From Hadesarchaea archaeon (GTDB taxonomy: Archaea > Hadarchaeota > Hadarchaeia > Hadarchaeales > Hadarchaeaceae), in contig JAPDJH010000002.1 in NCBI GenBank assembly GCA_029259175.1, positions 64,001-128,000 on the forward strand: a stretch of DNA of 64,000 nucleotides, written 5' to 3'. Under the pieces are notes generated by a model, which did not search any database, was not told the DNA's origin, and saw nothing but the letters and a program-made list of their open reading frames with translations. The first letter of the stretch is position 1. The number at the start of each line of letters is the position of its first letter. Positions 39,309-47,901 of this stretch are shown piece by piece. The translations under genes and the position numbers were made by a program.

Positions 39309-40377
39309 CAGGACAAACGGTTACACAGAGGCCGCATCCGTAGCATTTCGAAGTGTCGACTCTAGCTACTCTTCCCACAACGTGGATCGCATCATATGGG
39401 CAGTGTTTTTGACAGAGCCCGCACGCGGTACACCTAGAGGCGATTACTTCCACGGGTTTGGCCGAAACTCGCAGGGGCTCGTCGCGCAGATGGGGCAGAG
39501 CTTTTCCTTTTATATCTGCAATGGCAGAGTATCCCTTTCGTTTCATGAACTGTGCTAACTGGTCGGCTATGATCCCGTATATCTGAGGCCCCCTCACGAT
39601 AGCAGCTGTACACACCTGAACTGCTGATGCCCCGACCATGAGGAACTCGGCCGCATCGTTGCCCGTAGAGATACCTCCCACTCCAATCACTGGTATGTCT
39701 ACTGTTCGGGCAATGTCAGCAACGCAACGCACGGCTAGTGGTTTGATTGCCGGTCCGGACAACCATCCATATCCGTGTGGTGAGCCCATGTATGGCATGG
39801 CTGTTTCGATGTCGACTGCCAAGCATGGACCGAGCGTGTTTATTGCTACTATTCCGTCAGCTCCAGCTTCTGCAGCGGTTTTTGCGAAGATCTTTATATC
39901 GAGCACGTTTGGGCTTAACTTGACGAACACCGGGACCTCAACCACCTCTTTTGCAGCCTTTACTGCTGCCGCTACCGGAGATGGATCGTTGCCCAGATAG
40001 TGGGTGGACAGTTCAAGAGCGTCGGCTCCCGCATCCACGACTTTTGGGGCGACCTCCTTTATCTCCTCAGCTTTATACCCTACGCTGGCGATGAGCGGCA
40101 AGCCAGTCTTTTTAGCCTTTTTGTACTCCTCTTTAACCCACTGTTCAAGGGGCAGATCCGACCAGAGCTCAGCATTGAGTAAACTATCTTTTATTTTAGC
40201 TATGCATGGCCTCGGGACTTGAGCTGGGGCCACGCTCACCGTTTTTGCAACTAGACCTCCAGCTCCACCCTCGGCAGCTTTTACTAGCATATCGCCGTTC
40301 CACACGTTTGGCCCAGCAGCTGGCATCACAGGATTTCGAAATTTCAGCCCCACGATCTCTACGGACAAATCCACCAT
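39289..40377 (-). CDS. dihydroorotate/dihydropyrimidine dehydrogenase-like FMN enzyme with C-terminal 2x[4Fe-4S] domain (PreA-like)
   Basis: F.NP...AAGP, KT, VKLSPN, INT, G.LSG..IKP, GVGGI and VQV motifs; two CxxCxxCxxxCP motifs. Confidence 0.85.
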   Translation of the reverse strand: MVDLSVEIVGLKFRNPVMPAAGPNVWNGDMLVKAAEGGAGGLVAKTVSVAPAQVPRPCIAKIKDSLLNAELWSDLPLEQWVKEEYKKAKKTGLPLIASVGYKAEEIKEVAPKVVDAGADALELSTHYLGNDPSPVAAAVKAAKEVVEVPVFVKLSPNVLDIKIFAKTAAEAGADGIVAINTLGPCLAVDIETAMPYMGSPHGYGWLSGPAIKPLAVRCVADIARTVDIPVIGVGGISTGNDAAEFLMVGASAVQVCTAAIVRGPQIYGIIADQLAQFMKRKGYSAIADIKGKALPHLRDEPLRVSAKPVEVIASRCTACGLCQKHCPYDAIHVVGRVARVDTSKCYGCGLCVTVCPVKALRF

Positions 40378-40381
40378 TTGC

Positions 40382-41719
40382 TCACCTCCTCTTTCCTATC
40401 CGCGTCCACAGTTTTGCTGCTGCACGTCTTGACACAGTAGTTACATAATCTTCAGCGATTGTTTGCATCTTGCGTTCCTTCATGACTATTTTTCCTCCTA
40501 TGATTACCGTTTCCACATCACTACCTGAAAATGTGTTTACGAGGTGTCCTAAAACGGTGGTGGTGTTTACTGGTGTTGGGGCTCGCGAAGTGTCCAGAAT
40601 GATCAGATCAGCCCATTTACCTTTTTCGATTGATCCTAGTTTGTCGCCCATTCCATACAATTCTGCCCCTTTGATTGTAGCCATTTCTAACACTTGTCGA
40701 GGAGTAATCACTCTCGGATCTCTGGTGTTCACCTTATGAATCAAATAGGCCGCTCGGATGTTTTCAAAACCGTCAAAAATGTATCCGTCATTTCCCAGAC
40801 CCACAAGAATTCCTTCTTTTAGCATTCTAGGTACAGGAGCCACTCCTACCGCATTGAGCATGTTACTCATCGGGTTATGCGCGACTCTTGCCCCAGTTTT
40901 TTGTACGATCTTCAATTCGTCTTCGTTTAGGTGGACGCAGTGTGCTAGTACAACATCTTCCTTGAGCAGCCCCACATCATTTAATCGTTCTATAGTTCGC
41001 TTTCCATGATGAATGTAATTGTAGTAGACATCTACAAGCCCTTCGGAAGTGTGAATGGTCAGGGGGACGCGATATCTGCTAGCAACTTCACGTCCATATT
41101 GGAGAAGTTCGTCGGAAACGGTGAACGATGCGTGGATGCTAACCATGCCGAAAAGGTGTGTTGAGCGATTTTTTCGCATTTTTTTAATGAACCTGATGTT
41201 TTCTTTCATGCCTTTGGCTCCCTCGGTGCTTGAGTTTCGCTCGGTACTTTCGAAAGCGAGTATTCCCCTCATTCCGACCTTCTCAACAGCTGAGCCGATT
41301 TTATCCAGTACTCCAGAAATCGCGTTGGGTCCGGAAAACGTGTCTGCAAATAAAGTGGTTCCGGTTTTTACGAATTCAAGGCTCGCGGCCAAAGCACTCG
41401 CGTACGCATCTTCTTTGTTCATCGCCTCGTCCATTGGCCACCACACCCGTTGAAGAATTTGAGCAAAATCGGTGGGTGGTTCAATTTTCAGAACGGCACC
41501 TCTTAACAGGATGCCGTAGAGGTGGGTGTGAGAGCATATCAGTCCAGGCATCACGATTTTGCCCTGAGCATCGATCACCTCGTCTGCAGAACCTCTTGCA
41601 TTTCCTTTGGACACGAACGAAATTTTTCCGTCTTCAATTCCAATGGAACCCTTTGGAATAATAGTACACCCAGAATCCATCGTCACTATGAGAGCGTTTT
41701 TGATCAATATATCAACCAT
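40382..41719 (-). CDS. metal-dependent amidohydrolase (SsnA / deaminase family)
   Basis: PGLICSHTH, HASFT, H.SE, AHCVH, HNP.SNM and LGNDG motifs; start taken at MVDILIKNA (41719). Confidence 0.88.
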   Translation of the reverse strand: MVDILIKNALIVTMDSGCTIIPKGSIGIEDGKISFVSKGNARGSADEVIDAQGKIVMPGLICSHTHLYGILLRGAVLKIEPPTDFAQILQRVWWPMDEAMNKEDAYASALAASLEFVKTGTTLFADTFSGPNAISGVLDKIGSAVEKVGMRGILAFESTERNSSTEGAKGMKENIRFIKKMRKNRSTHLFGMVSIHASFTVSDELLQYGREVASRYRVPLTIHTSEGLVDVYYNYIHHGKRTIERLNDVGLLKEDVVLAHCVHLNEDELKIVQKTGARVAHNPMSNMLNAVGVAPVPRMLKEGILVGLGNDGYIFDGFENIRAAYLIHKVNTRDPRVITPRQVLEMATIKGAELYGMGDKLGSIEKGKWADLIILDTSRAPTPVNTTTVLGHLVNTFSGSDVETVIIGGKIVMKERKMQTIAEDYVTTVSRRAAAKLWTRIGKRR

Positions 41720-41795
41720 TCTATCATTACTCCAAAAACGTGAACAATATAAAGTTTTATGGCGCTCTGAGAATACGCTGATGCGGAGTGAGCGG

Positions 41796-43124
41796 ATGCC
41801 AGATCTCGTGATAAGAAACGCTCGTCTAGCATTGCCCGAGGGGATCGTGCGTGCTGAACTCTCAGTCACCGATGGAAAGATAGACAAGATAGCGATTTCT
41901 GGGATACCTAAAGGGGAAAATGAGATTGATGCCAAAGACCGAATTGTCATTCCAGGGGTGATCGATTCTCATGTGCATATTCATGATCCTCGATTTCTTC
42001 GCCGAGAGACCTTTAGAACAGGGAGCATAGCTGCGGCAGCGGGCGGAGTCACTACGGTGTTGGTGATGCCTCTGGATACGCCGGTAACCGATGTGCAAAG
42101 CGCAAAAAAAATTATTGCCGCCGGGCGCCGAGCGAGTCTAATCGACTTTGCCCTTCACGCTGGAAACATGACGGAGGAGTCGATCGAGAACGTTGAAGCG
42201 TTGGCGGCTTTGGGTATAAAGTCTTTCAAAGCTTTCACGTGTTCGCCCTATTATCTCCGCTCAGAAGCGATGGAAGCTCTGATGGATCGAATAAAGGCCG
42301 TGGATGGAATTCTTTTCGTTCATGCGGAGGATGAGCAGACTTTGCAGGCACAACGTGCCAAGTTAGGCGAGCGAAGAGATCCTTTGGCACATCATGAGTG
42401 TAGACCCTCTGAAGCTGAAGAGCGAGCTGTTAGAGACGTCCTAGAGCTTGTAAAAAAACACGAGTGTAAAACCCATTTTGCCCACATCACCACGCGCAAA
42501 GCAGGCGAGCTCATCAGAGATGCAAAGCAAAATCACCTACCCGTTACGGCTGAGACATGCATTCACTATTTGGTCTTTACTCGAATGGATGTTGCGGAGA
42601 AGGGGCCGTATTTGCGTGTTAATCCTTCTCTCAAAGATGTAGAGGATCAGAAAGCGTTGTGGGAGTTCTTGAAAGCTCACATTATAGATGTGGTCGCTAC
42701 TGACCACGCACCGGGGACAAAAAAAGAGAAAGAAATTGGATGGGAGAGCATATGGAAGGCTCAGATCGGTATTCCGGGGGTCGAGACTCTCCTTTCGCTT
42801 CTTTTGACTTTTGGGGTCGGTTCGGGGCGGCTCACCTTAGATAGAATGGTCAACGTGGTTTCGACACGGCCAGCTCAGATATTTGGGCTCTACCCTCGCA
42901 AAGGAGTGATCCGAGAGGGAAGCGATGCCGATTTGGTGATTCTGAACTTTAGAAAGAAGAAAATCCGAGCCAAGAATCTGCACTACAAGGTCGGCTGGTC
43001 TCCGTATGAGGGGTTGATGGTGAATGGGTATCCGCTTATAACTGTCTCTCGTGGTGAGATCATATACAAAGATGGGGAAATCTTAGGGAAGCCAGGCAGG
43101 GGACAGTTCCTATCTTTGAGCTAG
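41796..43124 (+). CDS. cyclic amidohydrolase (allantoinase / dihydropyrimidinase / dihydroorotase family)
   Basis: PG.ID.HVH, AAAGGVTT...MP, FK, HAED, H, ETC.HYL, NP.L and TDHAP motifs; start taken at MPDLVIRN (41796). Confidence 0.9.
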   Translation: MPDLVIRNARLALPEGIVRAELSVTDGKIDKIAISGIPKGENEIDAKDRIVIPGVIDSHVHIHDPRFLRRETFRTGSIAAAAGGVTTVLVMPLDTPVTDVQSAKKIIAAGRRASLIDFALHAGNMTEESIENVEALAALGIKSFKAFTCSPYYLRSEAMEALMDRIKAVDGILFVHAEDEQTLQAQRAKLGERRDPLAHHECRPSEAEERAVRDVLELVKKHECKTHFAHITTRKAGELIRDAKQNHLPVTAETCIHYLVFTRMDVAEKGPYLRVNPSLKDVEDQKALWEFLKAHIIDVVATDHAPGTKKEKEIGWESIWKAQIGIPGVETLLSLLLTFGVGSGRLTLDRMVNVVSTRPAQIFGLYPRKGVIREGSDADLVILNFRKKKIRAKNLHYKVGWSPYEGLMVNGYPLITVSRGEIIYKDGEILGKPGRGQFLSLS

Positions 43125-44330
43125 AGCACTTAGACCTTCTGCAAATGACCAGAGGCTCGTGAAGATATCTGGACGGGAAAGTTCCTTCTCAGTCAACACG
43201 CATAAACTCGAGCTTAATTTCGCATTTGTGATGCTATCTATCAGTTTTTTCTGTACATCTTCTGGGGCAAACCGAGTGTCGATAATGATCAGAGCTAGAT
43301 TCACATCAGTTTCTTTTGCGAGCAAATCGAGCGCAACTCGCCATTTTTTCTGCTCTAATGTGACCAGGATAAAAACTCCTGGAGCGTGAATTTGAAGTTC
43401 TCGTACCTTTTTCCTCATTTTCTGCAATGCCTTTTCGGCGATGGGTGCAGGTTTCAGATTTTTCACGCGCGAGAGCACCGCGAGACAGAGGGTTTTTGAG
43501 TTTGATATCAACACGATTTTTCGTTCTTGCTTTGGTATTCGATCAAGATGTTTGGCTCCCGATGCAAAAGCAGGTAAGCCAGATATGAAAACACCACCAG
43601 CTTGACGGACTGCAGCTCGGAACAAAGACGAGGTTTGGTTACTAGAGAACACAAGAACGTGCTTCTCCTTTCCGATTTCTGTCAGGGAATCAAAGAAGGC
43701 CCTTCCCGAGCGAAGTTGGTGGACATGTAATGCTAGAACATTTGAGTGTTCGTCTTTGCCAAGCAACTGGATGAGAGTCTCGGGCAACGGTTTATCACCA
43801 ACACAGAAGGCACTGCTGATTCCGACTTTCAAGTCTTTGAAGCACTTCAGGATCTCGCCCGAGATGTCTCCCATGTGTGTTAAGAGAACGATTTTTCCAT
43901 TCGGTAGCGGAGGGTAGGGTGATAAAAAAACTTTGTTTCGAGGAACCATCAGTCCTGCAGATCCAGGTCCCAACACCCATATTCGCTTGTTGGCTCGCTC
44001 CAACTCTCTTTCAGTCTTTTGAGATATGGTGGGCGTGAAGAGAACCAGAGCACGAGCCGTTCTCGAGATTATCTTTCTTATGTTTTTTTCGAGCACAGGC
44101 TCAGGCAAACACACTCCAACGATATCGCATTGCTTCGGAATCTCTGACACACTTTTTCCGCAATCGGGTCTTTTTCCACTCAAGTCGATGGGAACAAACT
44201 TCTTGAATTCTCTCATGTTTGAGAGAATTCGCTCGAATATCTGGCGGTACTGGGGCGCGAGCTTCTTCTGTTCCCAAATACCCACCAGCCCTATTTGCTT
44301 GGGATTGAAGAGCCGGTCGATTTGTTTCAT
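43110..44330 (-). CDS. degenerate acyl-CoA synthetase (NDP-forming) alpha-subunit-like protein
   Basis: LFNPK.I..VG N-terminus, LGP..AG, GIS....VG and F.AA..QAG; the phosphohistidine SHTG segment is absent; 4-nt overlap with the beta subunit. Confidence 0.7.
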   Translation of the reverse strand: MKQIDRLFNPKQIGLVGIWEQKKLAPQYRQIFERILSNMREFKKFVPIDLSGKRPDCGKSVSEIPKQCDIVGVCLPEPVLEKNIRKIISRTARALVLFTPTISQKTERELERANKRIWVLGPGSAGLMVPRNKVFLSPYPPLPNGKIVLLTHMGDISGEILKCFKDLKVGISSAFCVGDKPLPETLIQLLGKDEHSNVLALHVHQLRSGRAFFDSLTEIGKEKHVLVFSSNQTSSLFRAAVRQAGGVFISGLPAFASGAKHLDRIPKQERKIVLISNSKTLCLAVLSRVKNLKPAPIAEKALQKMRKKVRELQIHAPGVFILVTLEQKKWRVALDLLAKETDVNLALIIIDTRFAPEDVQKKLIDSITNAKLSSSLCVLTEKELSRPDIFTSLWSFAEGLSALAQR

Positions 44331-45046
44331 TCGTTGCTCTCTCCCAATCCTATTCTGGCGTCCACAGCTTTGACTCCTTTTCCTTTCTCAAACACGAAGA
44401 GCGGGTTGATGTCAAGTTCTTTGATTTGAGGGAATTCCGCCACGAGATTTCCAACTTTTACAATGGTGTCCGCGATGGCTTCAATATCGGTTTGCGGCCG
44501 TCCTCGGTATCCGGAGAGGAGCGGATATCCTTTGATCTCGCGAATCATTTCTAGCGCTTCCCCAGAGTTCAAGGGCGCGAGCCTGAAGCTAATGTCTTTC
44601 AGCACCTCCACCCAGATTCCTCCGAACCCGAACATCACTGTGGGGCCGAAGGATTTATCTTGCAGCCCTCCCACGATAACCTCTGCAGCTGGCGATAGAT
44701 GCTCCTGCACAGCTACTCCAAGGATCTGTGCTTTCGGGTTGTAAGCACGAATGTTGTCGAGGATCTCTTGATAAGCCCGTCGTAGTTCAGTTTCTGATCC
44801 AATACCGACACGCACACCACCACAGTCGCTCTTATGGGTAATATCTGGAGAAACTATTTTCAAAACCACGGGGTAGTTGATTTCTCTTGCGAGTCTTATG
44901 GCTTCGTCGAGGTTTGTGGCCAATTGGGTCTTGTTTACGGGAATTTCGCAAGCTTGGAGAACTTGCTTGGCTTCCGGCTCAGTAAGGATTTTACGCCCCT
45001 CGGTCTTGGCCTTTTCCAATATTTCGACAATTGTCGATTTATCCAA
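44327..45046 (-). CDS. acyl-CoA synthetase (NDP-forming) beta subunit, ATP-grasp
   Basis: E.EAK..L, YPVVLKIVSPDITHKSD.GGV, FGP.VMFG.GG..VE, GYRG, ELDINP and DAR motifs. Confidence 0.94.
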   Translation of the reverse strand: MDKSTIVEILEKAKTEGRKILTEPEAKQVLQACEIPVNKTQLATNLDEAIRLAREINYPVVLKIVSPDITHKSDCGGVRVGIGSETELRRAYQEILDNIRAYNPKAQILGVAVQEHLSPAAEVIVGGLQDKSFGPTVMFGFGGIWVEVLKDISFRLAPLNSGEALEMIREIKGYPLLSGYRGRPQTDIEAIADTIVKVGNLVAEFPQIKELDINPLFVFEKGKGVKAVDARIGLGESNE

Positions 45047-45095
45047 CCTCTCAACCCCTGTGCATCTTTCAAATGTTATATAAATCGTTTTTGGA

Positions 45096-46010
45096 TTACG
45101 AGTTTTGACGAAAATGAGACGGCAAAATCTTTTTTCCAGCTTTTAGTCCTAGAACTAGACCCAACATAAGATCCGATCCAGATGTTTCGCCCAGTTCCAA
45201 CACGCGGCGCGCGGATCTCTCAACAGAAGGAGGGTCTCCCGCGAACACGGATTCCAATAGCTCCTCTACCGCTTTGTTTGCTTGTCCTTGGAAACTCTGT
45301 TTAAGAAGTTGCGAACTCAGCAAAGTGGTTCTGGATGAGCATCTGTCCACACTTTTCTTTAAGCTACTCAGCCCGGGACAAGAAGCTCTCGTTGTGTTTG
45401 CGATCCAAACGAGGGAACAGCCCAGCCCGCACAGGAAATCATCTCCGGAGGGGGTCAGGCCCGGACCCAGACCTATTAGATTGCCCGTGTCACGTTCGTC
45501 GGGTTTTTCTCCGTTCTCGATTTTTTGAACAAGTCTAAGTATTGCTTCGAAAGCCCGTGCGAGAAAGGGATCTGAAGTATTGAGTTTTTCACCTTCTACA
45601 AGGGACGGGTAAAGAGAAAGAAGCCCGCTCTTTTTTGTGTTTTTTATGAAATCCTGCAGGGCCCGATACCCGATGTGGAACTTTTTCAAATCTAGCTCTG
45701 TAACACCAGTCTTTGGCTTCCATATAATCGCTTGACTGAAATCAATTGCTATGTGACCGCTAAGCGTGATTTTCTTATTTCTTATTTTCACATCGGAGCC
45801 AGCAGCTATACCAATGGTTTTGAACGTGTCGATATTTGCTATTAAACTAATGGGATTCAGAATAGAGCGACTGGTGAGAACCCCCACTAGCTTATCCTGA
45901 AACCGCAGGTTGAGCGCGTGTTCGAAAGTGCTGTGAACCGTGCCGCGTGTTTGAGAGCACAGAGTTTCCAGAGCGCAGCATCCGATTTCCAGAGCTTTGA
46001 TGTACCGCAT
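45096..46010 (-). CDS. DUF2877 family protein (YlbF/AllH-like)
   Basis: G.VHS.F....N, LIGLGPGLTPSGDDFL.G, TT..S and G.TSG.D motifs. Confidence 0.85.
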   Translation of the reverse strand: MRYIKALEIGCCALETLCSQTRGTVHSTFEHALNLRFQDKLVGVLTSRSILNPISLIANIDTFKTIGIAAGSDVKIRNKKITLSGHIAIDFSQAIIWKPKTGVTELDLKKFHIGYRALQDFIKNTKKSGLLSLYPSLVEGEKLNTSDPFLARAFEAILRLVQKIENGEKPDERDTGNLIGLGPGLTPSGDDFLCGLGCSLVWIANTTRASCPGLSSLKKSVDRCSSRTTLLSSQLLKQSFQGQANKAVEELLESVFAGDPPSVERSARRVLELGETSGSDLMLGLVLGLKAGKKILPSHFRQNS

Positions 46011-46056
46011 CCCAAATAAGAAGAAGAGAAGGGAGACAAAAAGTGTTTGTAGATGT

Positions 46057-46647
46057 TCAGCCTAGGAGCTCTCCGACCAGTTTTCCGGCCTTTATCCGAT
46101 CCCACTGCTCCTTGGTCATGGTCTGAAGCATGGTACCAAAGTGGCTGACTTTATCCGGATGCTCGGTGAATCCATAGGTTTTGAAGAGCTTTCTGGAACC
46201 GATGGGAGTTTCGGCACTGGCCTCCACCACATCCACGCCCAAGACATCGAAATAGTGCTCTAGCTTGCAGGGCCAGAGATATGCGCCAATCTGCAACCCG
46301 CGGATCAGAGTGTTAGTGTGAAGACTACAGCCGATTTTCGGATCTCTCAGCACCCCGTTGGTCACTCCTACAACCTTGCCCTCCACTCTGCCCACGAGAC
46401 AGAAGTGAGTTTCCGGCGGGCATCCCCACATAGGTCTGTTCTCTCGCCACAGATAGAGTTCCGTGATTATCTCGGAGCTCACCAGATCGAAAAGGTCTTG
46501 ATGGTATGTAACGTTCTTAACTAGAGCGTCAGCCACTTCCTCAATTTCGTCCTTGGTCATGCTGGTGACCACCATTTCGTCTCCGTTTGGTAGCGTGATT
46601 CTTCTTCCTGGATAGGGTTTCATGATTTTGCTCCAATCAACGCTCAT
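46057..46647 (-). CDS. GNAT-fold-like protein
   Basis: GGAGGTGA RBS before the ATG at 46647; LVGRVEGKVVG, RGLQIG and S..LF..YGF segments match GNAT motifs D/A/B. Confidence 0.6.
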   Translation of the reverse strand: MSVDWSKIMKPYPGRRITLPNGDEMVVTSMTKDEIEEVADALVKNVTYHQDLFDLVSSEIITELYLWRENRPMWGCPPETHFCLVGRVEGKVVGVTNGVLRDPKIGCSLHTNTLIRGLQIGAYLWPCKLEHYFDVLGVDVVEASAETPIGSRKLFKTYGFTEHPDKVSHFGTMLQTMTKEQWDRIKAGKLVGELLG

Positions 46648-46746
46648 GTTTTCACCTCCTGTTTTTAGTGCGAACACTCGCCTTTAAGTTTTGCGTAGAC
46701 CTATGGCCGAAATTGATTGAATTTCTGACTGGAAAAATTTGGAAAC

Positions 46747-46777
46747 TTTAAATACATGTAGGTAAGATATATCTTAC
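46747..46777 (+). promoter_or_regulatory. TA promoter: TATA box plus perfect 16-bp palindromic operator GTAAGATATATCTTAC
   Basis: TTTAAATA at 46747-46754; palindrome at 46762-46777, just before the antitoxin ATG. Confidence 0.75.
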
Positions 46778-46787
46778 TGGTAGAGAA

Positions 46788-47048
46788 ATGGCTATAGACA
46801 TGACACGATTATCCGAAAAGGGACAAGTTGTTATCCCGAGCGAGTTACGAAAACAAATGAAGCTGAAAAAGGGAGCGAGATTTATTGTGATAGGAATGGA
46901 AGACTTCATCATTTTGAGAAAGTTGGAGATTTCCAAAGAGCGAATGGAGCTAAAACGTCTCTTGCAGCGTGCGCGAAAGCAGGCAAAACGGGTTGGTTTT
47001 ACACAAAAGGAGATAGATCGATTGATTCACTCTATCAGAAAGGTTTGA
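46788..47048 (+). CDS. AbrB/MazE/SpoVT family antitoxin
   Basis: S.KGQVVIP.E.R......G motif; overlaps the downstream PIN gene. Confidence 0.92.
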   Translation: MAIDMTRLSEKGQVVIPSELRKQMKLKKGARFIVIGMEDFIILRKLEISKERMELKRLLQRARKQAKRVGFTQKEIDRLIHSIRKV

Positions 47049-47503
47049 GGATGAAAATAGTCCTTGATACCAACGTGCTCGTTTCGGCATTTATATCTAA
47101 ACATGGAAAACCGGCGGCGTTGTTAGATCTTATTTTGACATTTCCGGAAGTTCAGCTGATCACTTCGAAACCGATTCTGGAAGAACTCGAGAGTGTCCTT
47201 CGCAGAAAGGAAGTGAGAGAAAGGTTTGGCTATTCTGTGTCCGATATCGAATCGTTTGTTCACGCAGTTCAAAAAGTTTCACTCGAGGTAAAAATAAAAT
47301 CGGATTTCAAAGTGGTGGCAGAAGATCCGAAAGACAACCTCGTTTTAAGCACCGCTTATGATGGAAAAGCAGATTATGTGGTTTCGGGGGACAAGCACTT
47401 AAAAGGGTTGAAGAAATTCAAAGGAATTAAAATAGTGAATCCGGCCCAGATGATAGAGATTATTCTAAAGGAGTTTGAGAAGTTCATTTTGCAAGGCCTG
47501 TAG
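47045..47503 (+). CDS. PIN-domain toxin (VapC-like)
   Basis: VLDTNVLVSA, EL and DPKDN......G.ADY.VSGD.HL motifs. Confidence 0.93.
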   Translation: MRMKIVLDTNVLVSAFISKHGKPAALLDLILTFPEVQLITSKPILEELESVLRRKEVRERFGYSVSDIESFVHAVQKVSLEVKIKSDFKVVAEDPKDNLVLSTAYDGKADYVVSGDKHLKGLKKFKGIKIVNPAQMIEIILKEFEKFILQGL

Positions 47504-47563
47504 AATGTATCAGAAGAAATAACGGTGGAATTGGAAGTAGGTTTTTCAGTCTTGCGTAAGACT

Positions 47564-47899
47564 TTAGAGGGGCTGAAACTTGAAGCCCTCGATATCTCTG
47601 CCCCGAAGTTTCCGCAAGTGCCCCCACACGGGCTTGACACGCATTCCGGTCTTTGGATCGTCGGTCATTACCTGACCCAATACGTGAACTTCGCCGAACT
47701 TGGCAATTCCGAGGGTAAGCGGCGGCATTTCGATACCTTCTGGCGGAAAGTAGAGTTTAGTCCAAGTAATGAGAGTTCCTTCTTGCGGTAGCTCAACTTC
47801 CTCGAATTCCTCTCCCTTGCATTGCAAGCAACGGTCGTGTTTGGGCAACATGAGCTTGCCGCAAGCTTTACACCGATACGCTACCCATTTCTGCTCCAT
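47564..47899 (-). CDS. DUF35 Zn-ribbon/OB-fold protein (thiolase partner)
   Basis: CKACG....P....C..C, G...TWT and G.RV motifs; start taken at MEQKW (47899). Confidence 0.9.
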   Translation of the reverse strand: MEQKWVAYRCKACGKLMLPKHDRCLQCKGEEFEEVELPQEGTLITWTKLYFPPEGIEMPPLTLGIAKFGEVHVLGQVMTDDPKTGMRVKPVWGHLRKLRGRDIEGFKFQPL

Positions 47900-47901
47900 C
47901 T

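Noticed and set aside
41607-41950. Apparent 340-nt overlap of the two divergent amidohydrolase ORFs
   Set aside because: Artefact of upstream alternative starts; starts at 41719 and 41796 leave a normal divergent promoter
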